Below are positions 54,663-64,000 of a stretch of 64,000 bases of DNA, piece by piece. Origin of the DNA: Alphaproteobacteria bacterium (GTDB taxonomy: Bacteria > Pseudomonadota > Alphaproteobacteria > MPNO01 > UBA830). The notes beneath the pieces are model-generated. The model was not told the origin of the DNA and ran no database searches. It was given only the letters and a program-made list of their open reading frames with translations. Made by a program: the position numbers and the translations under genes. The stretch covers positions 160,001-224,000 of the forward strand of contig OZ219791.1 in assembly GCA_964291215.2 (NCBI GenBank). Direction: 5' to 3'. Every line of letters starts with the position of its first letter. Position 1 is the stretch's first letter.

Positions 54663-55996
54663 GTCATGGCGTGTTCGGTTTTCCTGAATTCGACGCGCCG
54701 GGTGACGCGGAAGATCTGCTAGTTGATCATCTTCGCCAGCGGGGTGAAGATGGTGCGCTGGCGGCCATGCGCGGGCTTTTCACTATAGCGTCCCGTGCTC
54801 GCGGTCTTCCGGTTGATGCTCTCGAAGGCGCGTTGCCCTTGACCATCAGTCCGCGCGATGGATCTCGACGATCAGCCTCGCAGGTGGTGTGGAGCGCATC
54901 GAGGGTGAGCAGACGGCCGGCAACCGACGCCGTCTCGAGCGCAGCGTGGACGGCAGCGATCTCCCCGCCGTGACAGTTGAGGATCGAATACCGGCCAGCG
55001 AGGCCGTCTCGTAATGATCCTCGCCGGTGCGGCCGCGCTTGCCGTCGACCGCGTTGCCGACCTGCGGCTGCGCGCCGCATCCTCGATCCATCCCGGGTCG
55101 GTAGCACCCGGTGCACGGTGGAGACCGGCTTGTCCCTGTTCTTCCACGCCGCTCCAGCTCTTTCTGCGTCGTAGTGCGCCACCGCGCCGGTTCGCAAGCC
55201 GCGCCATCACGCACAGTACCGAGGCGATGCCCCTGCGCGCGCCGGAAAGCGCCGCTGATAAATCGAGCGCAACTCCTGCGCCGACCAGCGGCGCCCGCAA
55301 CTCCCACGCCACAGGAAGCGGCGAACGATCCCGCGTCACGACGCAGCGGAAACACGTAAGGATCCTTCGCCTCCCCGGTCGGCGCCCGCTGGCGCGCGCA
55401 TGGCTCCTGCCAACGCACTCCCGGTTCGCCGCCTTGTACATGGTGCCGCTGAACTTCGTCGGCGAGACAAACTTCTCCGCAACAAGCAACGGCAGCCTCC
55501 CGGTCGCCGCCGCACCATCCGCGACAACGCAAAAGAGGCCCGGAAACGACCACCAGGAACAACAAACCTCGTGTTGTTCCCGGCAACCGCCTGAACTGTT
55601 CCTCGCGGCGCCAGCCAATCCAACGGTCCCGCAGCTGAGGGCGCCCGTCTGCCAGCCCGCAGCGCCAATCCACCGCCCGCGCCAGGTGAACACGCAGACC
55701 TCGACCGGCAAACTGCTTGAAACCAAGGATGACGGTCAACGACACGATTCCAGCGACATCAGGCCGCGCAAGGCGCACAACCACATCCCGGAGCGCAAAA
55801 CCCTCCAGAGTCGTCTCAAAAAAATCCACTGCCTCCACGACAACGGATACTGCGCCGCTTCACAAAAAGCCGGCAAAAATGCGAATCATCTGGAACAAGC
55901 GAAACCGACCCCTCCAACAAACTTGGCGTGGGATCATCGTGCCGCACAGCACTCCCGCGACGCCGCCGCAGGATGCGTTTCTGGTATAGTCGGGGC

Positions 55997-58765
55997 ATGT
56001 CGTCAGCCCTCCCGAACGCCGTTTCCCGACCTCCGCCCATTGCTGTCGCCGCCCTCGCCGCGGGCCACAGCGCGGCCGCGCTGGCGGATCCGTCCGGCGC
56101 CTGCGAGGTCATCTCCACCGCCGAGGCGGCGCGGCGCCTCGACGCCGGCCTCGAGCCCGTCGTCTGCCACCTGCCGGCCACCGCCCGGCGCCTTTGCCGC
56201 AATTCCCTGGCCGGCCTCGACCTCCTGGAACTCTTCGCCTTCGCGCGGCCGGCGCAGCCCTGCCGCCCCAGCCCGGCCGGACTCGCCGAGGCGCTGGAAC
56301 TCGCGCCCGCGCCCGACTTCGCCGGCGAGGCCCGCCTCCTCCAGCTCACGGCCGGCGAACTCCTCGCCGACCTTTCCGGCTACGGTCCGGAGGAGCGCAG
56401 GAAGGCAGCCGCCGCCGCGCACATGATGGCCCTCAACGGCTGGCACTGGGCGCCATACGTGCTGCAGGCGCTCGATGCGGAAGAGCCGGACATTCTCGGC
56501 GGATCACCGCGCGAAGCGCTGGAGGTGTGGCGGACTCTCCCGGAATGGTCGGAGATGGCGCCGCCCGCGGCCGCAAGCAATCATGCCGTTTCGCCGACCG
56601 ACGCGCGCGGGCGGCTCGCCGAACTGGTCGGGCCGGGCGCCGAGGACCGGCCGCAGCAGGCCGACTACGCGTCCGCGGTGAGCCACGCCTTCGTGCCGCG
56701 CAGCCGCGAGGATCACCCGCAAGCCGTGCTGGCCGAAGCGGGGACCGGAACCGGCAAGACCCTCGGCTATCTCGCGCCAGCGAGCCTGTGGGCCGAACGC
56801 AACGACGGCACAGTCTGGATCAGTACCTATACCCGCAACCTGCAGCGCCAGATCGACCACGAACTCGACCGGCTGCATGCCGAACCCGCGGAAAAGGCGC
56901 GCAGGGTCGTCGTCCGCAAGGGGCGCGAGAACTATCTGTGCCTCCTGAACTACGAGGAAGCGCTCAACGCGGTTTCCAGCCGGTCCGCGAACGCCGTCGG
57001 CCTCGCGCTGGTGGCGCGCTGGGCGGCCGCGAGCCGCAGCGGCGAGATCCCGGGCGGCGACTTTCCCGGGTGGCTCGTCGATCTCGCCGGCCGGCGCTGG
57101 ACGACGGATCTGGCCGACCGACGCGGCGAATGCATATACGCGGCCTGCGACCACTACCACAGGTGCTACATTGAGAAGACCGTGCGCCGCTCACGGCGCG
57201 CCGACATCGTCATCGCTAACCATGCGCTGGTGCTAGCCCAGGCCGCTGCGGGCGCGGCCGAGGACGGACAGTTGCCGACCCGCCTCGTGTTCGACGAGGG
57301 CCACCACCTGTTCGATGCCGCGGACAGCACCTTCGCGACCTGCCTCGGCGGCCGGGACTGCGCCGAACTGCGGCACTGGCTGATCGGGGCGGAAGGATCC
57401 CGGCGCAGCCGCGCCCGCGCCTTGGAAGGCCGCATCGGGGACCTTCAGGTGCTGGACGAAGCCATCCCCAACCTCATCGGCGAGATCCGGGCCGCCGCCC
57501 TGGCGCTGCCGGGGCCGAACTGGATGGCGCGGATCCGGGAGGGTTCAGGCCGGGGCGCCGCCGAACACTTCCTTCACCACGTCCGCAAGCAAGTCTACGC
57601 GCGCACCCCGGACAACCGCTCGTGGTACGACATCGAGACCGACATCATCGATCCGCTGCCGGAACTGGTCGAAGCGGCGCAGGAGTTCGGGATTGACATC
57701 GACCGGCTCGCCTCGCCCATGAAAGCGCTTTCCGAAAGCCTGTCGCGTCTCCTCGACCGCGAGGCGCGGCAGCTCGACACCGTACTCCGCAACCGCACCG
57801 AGAGCATCGCCCGGGCGCTCGCCACCCGCATCAAGGACCAGCTCGAGGCCTGGCAGTCGATGCTGAATTCGCTGATCGGCGAAACCCCCGGGAAGTTCGT
57901 CGAATGGTTCTGCGTGCGGCGCTTCCAGAGAGACGACGTGGATGTCGCCATGCACCGCCACTGGATCGACCCCATGGAGCCGTTCGCAAGCCGCGTCCTG
58001 GAGGCCGCGCACGGCGTCGTCGTGACCTCGGCGACGCTGCGCGAGGGCTCGGGCGACATCGAGGCCGACTGGCTCCAGGCCGAGGAACGCACCGGCATGT
58101 CGCGGCTCGGGGCGCCGCCGCTGCGCGCCCAGGTCGCGTCGCCCTTCGATTACGAGAGTCGGACCCGCGTCTTCGTGGTGACGGATGTCGACCGCAACGA
58201 CCGGCGCCAGGTCGCCGCGGCCTATCGCGAACTGTTCCTCGCCGCCGGGGGCGGCGCGCTCGGCCTGTTTACCGCCGTCACGCGGCTGCGCGCCGTGCAC
58301 AAGCTCATCGTCCAGGAGATGGAGGCCGCCGGGTATCCGCTGCTGGCGCAGCACGTGGACGGGCTCGACGCCGCCAGCCTGGTCGACATCTTCCGTGCCG
58401 AGGAACGGTCGTGCCTGCTCGGCACCGACGCGATGCGCGACGGGGTCGACGTTCCGGGCCGGAGCCTGCGCCTGATCGTGTTCGAACGGGTGCCGTGGCC
58501 GGTTCCCACGATTCTCCACCGCGCCCGGCGCGCGGCCTTCGGCGGCGCGCGCTACGACGATCTCATCGTCCGGCTGCGTCTCAAGCAGGCCTTCGGACGG
58601 CTGGTGCGGGGCGCCGGCGACAGCGGGGTGTTCGTTCTTCTCGACCCGCGCCTGGCGGCAAGGTTCGCGGGCGCGTTTCCGGACGGGGTGGAGATCCGCC
58701 GCACCGGCCTCGCCGACGCGCTGACCAAAACCCGGCGTTTCCTGGAGGGCGGCCGGGACGCTTGA
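55997..58765 (+). CDS. DinG/YoaA family ATP-dependent helicase
   Basis: EAGTGTGKT, KGRENYLC, DEGH, TSATL, GVDVPG, LKQAFGRLVR. Confidence 0.94.
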   Translation: MSSALPNAVSRPPPIAVAALAAGHSAAALADPSGACEVISTAEAARRLDAGLEPVVCHLPATARRLCRNSLAGLDLLELFAFARPAQPCRPSPAGLAEALELAPAPDFAGEARLLQLTAGELLADLSGYGPEERRKAAAAAHMMALNGWHWAPYVLQALDAEEPDILGGSPREALEVWRTLPEWSEMAPPAAASNHAVSPTDARGRLAELVGPGAEDRPQQADYASAVSHAFVPRSREDHPQAVLAEAGTGTGKTLGYLAPASLWAERNDGTVWISTYTRNLQRQIDHELDRLHAEPAEKARRVVVRKGRENYLCLLNYEEALNAVSSRSANAVGLALVARWAAASRSGEIPGGDFPGWLVDLAGRRWTTDLADRRGECIYAACDHYHRCYIEKTVRRSRRADIVIANHALVLAQAAAGAAEDGQLPTRLVFDEGHHLFDAADSTFATCLGGRDCAELRHWLIGAEGSRRSRARALEGRIGDLQVLDEAIPNLIGEIRAAALALPGPNWMARIREGSGRGAAEHFLHHVRKQVYARTPDNRSWYDIETDIIDPLPELVEAAQEFGIDIDRLASPMKALSESLSRLLDREARQLDTVLRNRTESIARALATRIKDQLEAWQSMLNSLIGETPGKFVEWFCVRRFQRDDVDVAMHRHWIDPMEPFASRVLEAAHGVVVTSATLREGSGDIEADWLQAEERTGMSRLGAPPLRAQVASPFDYESRTRVFVVTDVDRNDRRQVAAAYRELFLAAGGGALGLFTAVTRLRAVHKLIVQEMEAAGYPLLAQHVDGLDAASLVDIFRAEERSCLLGTDAMRDGVDVPGRSLRLIVFERVPWPVPTILHRARRAAFGGARYDDLIVRLRLKQAFGRLVRGAGDSGVFVLLDPRLAARFAGAFPDGVEIRRTGLADALTKTRRFLEGGRDA

Positions 58766-58786
58766 CGCATGTGCCGTCGGCGGCCT

Positions 58787-59371
58787 TCAGCCCCGTCCGC
58801 CGAACAGGCGCCGGATCCAGCCGAGAATCCGTTGCCAGAGGACGGCAGCGGCCATGCCGCCGACTTCCACCGGGGCCGAAGCCGGGGTGTCGGCCGCCGG
58901 CTCGGCGCCGGCGTCCGCCTCCTCCTCGATCCGGGCCGCGAGGTTCTCGGCGAACTGCCCGATGATCCTGCCGGCGAGGTCCTGGATCATGCCGACGCCG
59001 CGGCCGTACTGCGCCACCGAGCCGGAAAGCTGCATGTCGGTGTGAATATTGACGGTCGAACCGGCATCGGACGGCTTGAGGCCGAACGTGATCCGCGCCT
59101 GCGCCCCGCCCCGGCCCTTGGCGTCCGACCCCTGGGCCCGGACCAGCGCCGTGTGAGCGGCATCGTCGACTTCCTCGAAGGCCGCCTGGCCGTCGAAGGT
59201 CAGCGCCACGGGCCCCAGCCGCACGGACACCTTGCCGCGGAACGTGCGTTCGTCGATGATTTCCGTCAGTTCCGCGCCCGGCATGCACGGGGCGATGCGC
59301 TCGATGTCCATCAGCGTTGCCCACGCCCGGTCGGGCGGCAACGGCACTTCGAAGCTGTTGTCTATTTCCAT
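58787..59371 (-). CDS. coxG: CoxG/SRPBCC family protein
   Basis: W..L.DIERIAPCMPGAEL, GSVAQYGRG. Confidence 0.88.
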   Translation of the reverse strand: MEIDNSFEVPLPPDRAWATLMDIERIAPCMPGAELTEIIDERTFRGKVSVRLGPVALTFDGQAAFEEVDDAAHTALVRAQGSDAKGRGGAQARITFGLKPSDAGSTVNIHTDMQLSGSVAQYGRGVGMIQDLAGRIIGQFAENLAARIEEEADAGAEPAADTPASAPVEVGGMAAAVLWQRILGWIRRLFGGRG

Positions 59372-59396
59372 GTCTTTTCCGCTTCCATCTTCGGCC

Positions 59397-61736
59397 CTAT
59401 TCCGCGGCCTCGGCCGGCCGGGCCGAACGGATCGCCTCCCACAGCCGCGCCGAGCTCGCCGGCATGTCAAAGCTCCTGATGCCGAGCGGCGCCAGCGCGT
59501 CGCACACGGCATTCATCACCGCCGGCATGGCGCCAACGCAGCCGGCCTCGCCGGCGCCCTTGATGCCCATCGGATTAGTCGGGCTCGGCACCTCGTTTTC
59601 CTGCATCTCGAACGGCGGGCAGTCTTCGGCCCTCGGCATGGCGTAGTCCATGAAGGACCCCGAAACCATCTGTCCCGAATCTCCGTCCCACAGCATGTTC
59701 TCGCACAGGATCTGGCCCAGCCCCTGGGCAGCGCCGCCGTGAATCTGGCCCGCGAGCAAGAGCGGATTGACCACCGTGCCGACATCGTCGACCATGCAGT
59801 AGCGCACGATCTCGACGGTGCCCGTGGCGGTGTCGATCTCGACCTCGCAGAGATGGCTGCCGTTGGGAAAGGTCGGCGCTGGCGGAGACCATGCCGCCCA
59901 TTCGTCGAGGCCGAGCTCGAAGCCGGGCGGCGCGGTCATGAAGTTGTGCGCATGACGCGCCGCCTCGGTCAGCGTCATCGCCTTGTCGGTGCCGACAATC
60001 GTGAACACGCCGTCGGCGAACTCCAGGTCTTCCGGCGCCGCCTCAAGATGATAGGCGACGAGTTGTCGGCATTTCTCGACGATCCTTTCCGCGGCAAGCC
60101 CGATCGAGGCGCCGCCGACCCCCGACGAGCGCGAACCAAAGGTTCCCGTGCCCATCATCGCGACATCCGAATCCCCCTGGACGATGCGCACCTGCTCGAA
60201 CTCGAGCCCGAGCATGTCGCACAGCATCTGCCGGAAGATGGTCTCGTGGCCCTGGCCGTGATTGTGGGTGCCCATGATCAGGGTCGCGGTGCCCGAACCG
60301 TCGATCCTTATCTGCGCCCACTCGGGCGGGCCGCCCGCCGACTGCTCGATGCAGTTCGCGATCCCGATGCCGCGAAGCCGGCCGCGCGCCGACGCCTCGC
60401 GGCGCCGCGCCTCGAACCCGGCATGGTCGATCATTTCGAGAGCGCTGTTCATGTTGGCTTCGAACTCGCCGGAATCGTAGGTGAAGAGGAAGCCGGTGCC
60501 GTAGGGCTCCGAGATCGGCGGAATCAGGTTACGACGCCGCAGTTCCGCGGGGTCGATCCCGGTCTCGCGGGCCGCGGTGTCGATCACCCGTTCGACGCAG
60601 TAGACGGCTTCCGGCCGTCCGGCGCCGCGGTAGGGACCGGTGGCATTGGTGTTGGTAAACACGCCGGTCACATGGGTGTAGATGGCCGGCGTGCAGTAGG
60701 TGTTGGACAGCGACCCCAGGTTGTTGGTCGATGAATGGGGGCCGAGAAGCGTCAGATAGGCGCCGAGATTGGCGATCGTTGTGACGCGGAGCCCGAGAAA
60801 GATGCCGTCGCCGTCGAGCGCCAGCTCCACGGTCGAGATGTTGTCGCGGGCCTGGTCGTCGGACTGGAACGATTCAGTGCGGTCGCCGGTCCACTTGACC
60901 GGCCGGCCGAGAAGCCGCGCCGTCCACAGGCAGAGGATGTTCTCGGGATAGGGGCCGGAGCGCATGCCGAAGGCGCCGCCCATGTCCTCCGAGACCACGC
61001 GCAGCCGGTTCTGGGGAATGCCGAGGACCGGTTCGGCGATGGCCTGGCGAACTCCGTGCGGGCCCTGGGTGCCGGTATGGAGCGTGTAGCGGTCCTCGAA
61101 ACGATCGTACTCCCCGATGCAGGCCCGCGGTTCCATTGGAGCCACCGAAACGCGGGTGATGTCGAGGTCCAGCCGGGTCACGTGAGCAGCTTCCGCAAAG
61201 GCTCGGTCGGTCTTCTCGCGATCGCCGAGCTCGAAGACGAAGCACACGTTCCCGGGCGCCTCGTCCCAGACCGCGGCGGCGCCTTCCGCGAGCGCGTCGG
61301 CGGTCGCGGTGACCGAGGCGCGCGGCACGTATTCGACCTCGATAAGCTCAGCGGCATCGTGCGCCTGCGCCGCCGTCTCGGCAACCACCCAGGCGACGGG
61401 ATCGCCGACCATCTTGACCGCGCCGCGGCGCAGCGGCGCGTTGGGCGGCGTGAACATCGGCGACCCGTCCGGCTTCTGGCGCGGGACCACGCACGGAAGA
61501 TTGCCGAGTCCGGAGGCCGCGTAGTCCTCTCCCGTCCAGACGCCGAGAACGCCCGGAGCGGCGGCCGCAGCGGTCGTATCGACGGCGGCGATGTCCGCGT
61601 GCGCGTAAGGGGACCGCAACACGTGACCGTAGGCCTGTCCAGGGCGATTCAGGTCGTCGGAGTATCGTCCGCCGCCGCGCAGCAGACGCGGATCCTCCCA
61701 GCGCGGTACGCCTTGTCCCACTCCGAACTTCGTCAT
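59397..61736 (-). CDS. Xanthine dehydrogenase family molybdopterin-binding subunit (form II CoxL-like)
   Basis: EDPRLL.G.GRY.DD, MGGAFG, PYRGAGRPE, GQGHET, GQIHGG, KGAGE. Confidence 0.93.
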   Translation of the reverse strand: MTKFGVGQGVPRWEDPRLLRGGGRYSDDLNRPGQAYGHVLRSPYAHADIAAVDTTAAAAAPGVLGVWTGEDYAASGLGNLPCVVPRQKPDGSPMFTPPNAPLRRGAVKMVGDPVAWVVAETAAQAHDAAELIEVEYVPRASVTATADALAEGAAAVWDEAPGNVCFVFELGDREKTDRAFAEAAHVTRLDLDITRVSVAPMEPRACIGEYDRFEDRYTLHTGTQGPHGVRQAIAEPVLGIPQNRLRVVSEDMGGAFGMRSGPYPENILCLWTARLLGRPVKWTGDRTESFQSDDQARDNISTVELALDGDGIFLGLRVTTIANLGAYLTLLGPHSSTNNLGSLSNTYCTPAIYTHVTGVFTNTNATGPYRGAGRPEAVYCVERVIDTAARETGIDPAELRRRNLIPPISEPYGTGFLFTYDSGEFEANMNSALEMIDHAGFEARRREASARGRLRGIGIANCIEQSAGGPPEWAQIRIDGSGTATLIMGTHNHGQGHETIFRQMLCDMLGLEFEQVRIVQGDSDVAMMGTGTFGSRSSGVGGASIGLAAERIVEKCRQLVAYHLEAAPEDLEFADGVFTIVGTDKAMTLTEAARHAHNFMTAPPGFELGLDEWAAWSPPAPTFPNGSHLCEVEIDTATGTVEIVRYCMVDDVGTVVNPLLLAGQIHGGAAQGLGQILCENMLWDGDSGQMVSGSFMDYAMPRAEDCPPFEMQENEVPSPTNPMGIKGAGEAGCVGAMPAVMNAVCDALAPLGIRSFDMPASSARLWEAIRSARPAEAAE

Positions 61737-61822
61737 GCCGTGCTCCCTGCGCAACGGATCGCAAAATCGCGCCCGCGACTGAATACCGCCTGAAGCCTCC
61801 GCTCGCAAGGCGCGGCTCAGGA

Positions 61823-62006
61823 CAGGACCATTCTGTTGTCGCGATCGGCAGCGGACAACCGTGTCAGAGTGGCCGTTCTTGAAGTTGGTGGCACCGTCTC
61901 AAGGTCGGAACCGGCATATCGACAACGAAATCCGCCCCCGAATGGACCTCCAGATCTGCCTACAACGCCCCCTCGTCGGACGGAACCGGACAAAAGAAGA
62001 GCCCTG
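61823..62006. mobile_element. 184-bp MITE, copy 2
   Basis: 10-bp TSD CGGCTCAGGA (61813-61822, 62007-62016); same length as 15961-16144. Confidence 0.92.
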
Positions 62007-62010
62007 CGGC

Positions 62011-63255
62011 TCAGGACGCGTTGAGGACCGTGCGAAGGCGCAGCAGGATCACGACGAGAAGCGCCGCAATGCCGACCATCATGAACAGCGAGGCGTCGAA
62101 ATCCCCGGTCCAGTGGGCGACGGCGCCCATTGACATCGGACCGAGCACGCCGCCGACCTCTCCGACCGAGAAAAAGAGTCCGCTGGCGGCGCCCATGCGG
62201 TTACCGCTGCTCCGGTTGTCCATCAGATACAACAGGGCGATCGAGGTCATGGCGCCACGGCACACCCCCTGGAGAACGAGCCCGACCGCGACCAGAGGCA
62301 GCGAGGCCGACCAGATGAGGAGCACGGCGAGTGCGGCGCAGTCGAACAGGGCGAGCAGGATCGGGAAGCGGCGCTCGGGGGTAGCCAACCGCGGAAGCAG
62401 GAGCGACGCCGCCATGCCGAACAGGGTCGGAAGCGCGGCCCAGTAGCCAGCCTCGACCGGCGTCATACCATAGCTGTGCAGCAGGTCCGGCATCCAGTGA
62501 TAGGTACCGTGAATGTAAAACAGGATGAACAGGCCCATAAGGAGGACGATGCGCACCACAGGGTCGCGGGCCAGCCGCAGGAAGACCTCGCGCACCGGCA
62601 GCCTCTCCTCGCCCTTCAGGCGCGCCTCAACGGCGCGGCTTTCCGGATGTGCGCTGATCAGCAGCCATGCCAGGCCGGTGACTACGATCACGCCGGCATA
62701 AATAAACATGACGGTGCGCCAGTCCCCATCCACCGCGGGAAGCATGACGCTGTTGGTCAGCGCCACGGTGAAGATGCTGCCGCACCCGTTACCCGTGAAA
62801 TAGACGCCGAGCGCAAAACCGCGTTCCCGGCCGGCAAACCACAGGCTGACCACCTTCGGGGCGCCGGACGAAATCAGCGGGCCGCCGAGCCCGAACACCA
62901 TCACGGCGAGAAGCAGCGTCCAGTAATCCACGGCGAAGCCACGAAGCATGACCGAGGCGGCGACGACCAACGACGCCGCAAACATCATCCACCGCGGGCC
63001 AAACCGGTCCATCAGACCGCCGCACGGCAGCGAGGACAGGATGTATGTGAGCTGCCAGGCGGCAAGCACCATCCCCATCTCTCCCCTGTGCATGCCGAGA
63101 TCGGTCATCACCACATAGACCAGCGGCGCCAGCGCCACCATCGACATCGCGAAGGAAAAGTAGAGCAGCCACAGCCCAACCAGCATGAACCAGCAATAGG
63201 GGTGGGGCGCGCCGGCGGGACCATCGTCGTCAGCCGTTCCAGGAGCCAGGACCAT
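62011..63255 (-). CDS. MFS transporter (CynX/NimT-like)
   Basis: GGLMDRFGPR motif A, WFAGRERGFALG, about 12 hydrophobic segments. Confidence 0.88.
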   Translation of the reverse strand: MVLAPGTADDDGPAGAPHPYCWFMLVGLWLLYFSFAMSMVALAPLVYVVMTDLGMHRGEMGMVLAAWQLTYILSSLPCGGLMDRFGPRWMMFAASLVVAASVMLRGFAVDYWTLLLAVMVFGLGGPLISSGAPKVVSLWFAGRERGFALGVYFTGNGCGSIFTVALTNSVMLPAVDGDWRTVMFIYAGVIVVTGLAWLLISAHPESRAVEARLKGEERLPVREVFLRLARDPVVRIVLLMGLFILFYIHGTYHWMPDLLHSYGMTPVEAGYWAALPTLFGMAASLLLPRLATPERRFPILLALFDCAALAVLLIWSASLPLVAVGLVLQGVCRGAMTSIALLYLMDNRSSGNRMGAASGLFFSVGEVGGVLGPMSMGAVAHWTGDFDASLFMMVGIAALLVVILLRLRTVLNAS

Positions 63256-63361
63256 CGTCAGCGTGATTCCCGCACGGCGGCGGCCAACCGACGGTTACCA
63301 CCGGTGGAACAGCAACCTGCGTGCACGGGAAGCAGCGGTCGCCGGAGAAAGGACGGAAGTC

Positions 63362-64000
63362 TCAGAACAGGCCCTGAACCTGCCCATCGGCGTCAAGCCC
63401 GATGGAGTTGGCGGCAGGCACCCGCGGCAAGCCGGGCATCGTCATGATCTCGCCGCAGATCGCGACCACGAATTCCGCACCGGCCGACAGCCTGACCTCG
63501 CGCACCGGGATTTCGTGACCCTCAGGCGCGCCCTTGAGATCAGGATCCGTCGAGAAGCTGTACTGGGTCTTGGCCAGGCACACAGGAAGGTGCCCGTAGC
63601 CCTCGTCTTCCCAACGCCGCAACTGGTCGCGGACGCGGGCCGGCGCCGTGGCCTGTCCGGCACGGTAGATCTTGCGGCAAACCGTGTCGATCTTCTCGAA
63701 CAGGCCCATGTCGTCGGGATAGACCGGCACGAAGTCGGCGCCGCCGCTTTCGACGGTGACGACAACCTGGCGGGCGAGCGCCTCGATGCCCGCCCCACCA
63801 TCGGCCCAGTGGGTGCAGGTTACGACCGGAATGCCGAGGTCGGCGAGACCGTCCTCGATGCGCGCAACCTCGGCGTCGGTATCGCCGGTGAACCGGTTGA
63901 TCCCGACGATGGCGGGGACCCCGAAGCGCCCGACATTCTCGATGTGGCGCCGCAGGTTGGCGAGCCCCGCCGATACCGCCTCCGCATTCTCATCCCCGAG
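63362..64000 (-). CDS. fhs: Formate--tetrahydrofolate ligase, 3' part (runs off window)
   Basis: [31 protein letters not shown]. Confidence 0.95.
   Translation of the reverse strand, partial: LGDENAEAVSAGLANLRRHIENVGRFGVPAIVGINRFTGDTDAEVARIEDGLADLGIPVVTCTHWADGGAGIEALARQVVVTVESGGADFVPVYPDDMGLFEKIDTVCRKIYRAGQATAPARVRDQLRRWEDEGYGHLPVCLAKTQYSFSTDPDLKGAPEGHEIPVREVRLSAGAEFVVAICGEIMTMPGLPRVPAANSIGLDADGQVQGLF

Larger units (their letters stand above)
52909..55941 (-). mobile_element. ISAs1 element with DUF4338-like region (pseudo), containing IS110
   Basis: 9-bp TSD CCGCACAGC (52900-52908, 55942-55950); LGFKQFAGRGL, RDRWIGW, AVDGK, LTLDALHT, HVRDATFRED. Confidence 0.9.

Noticed and set aside
59397-61736. 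Bona fide aerobic CO dehydrogenase (form I)
   Set aside because: Active-site loop is PYRGAGR, not AYRCSFR, and no coxM/coxS adjacent.

Overview
GC-rich alphaproteobacterial chromosome segment (Rhodospirillales-like gene order; host-associated lifestyle is only an inference). Intact housekeeping blocks: chorismate mutase-hisC-tyrA; metX-metW, methyltransferase, gloB, GST; TIGR02300, tRNA-Ala; tRNA-Leu, rnd, kdsD, lptCAB, rpoN, ptsN; pcaIJ; dinB; TAXI-TRAP; DinG; CoxL-like/CoxG; MFS; fhs. These alternate with graveyards of nested, decayed mobile elements covering roughly 45% of the window (IS30, two IS630 types, IS256, two IS66 types, IS1634, IS110, ISKra4, several ISAs1, MITEs, a group II intron). 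No transposase gene I can see is intact. Main observations: (1) sister IS copies differ by many deletions of 5-8 bp, mostly exactly 6 bp and often at 1-4 nt microhomologies, an unusually narrow mutational signature; (2) two sister IS110 elements have different bridge-RNA target guides, each matching its own insertion site; (3) an IS66 type carries a Dam-like methyltransferase coupled to its transposase, and an ISAs1 type carries a DUF4338/DruA-like N-terminal domain; (4) several nested insertions can be reconstructed exactly from target duplications. All assignments are by-eye motif recognition; no database searches were run.
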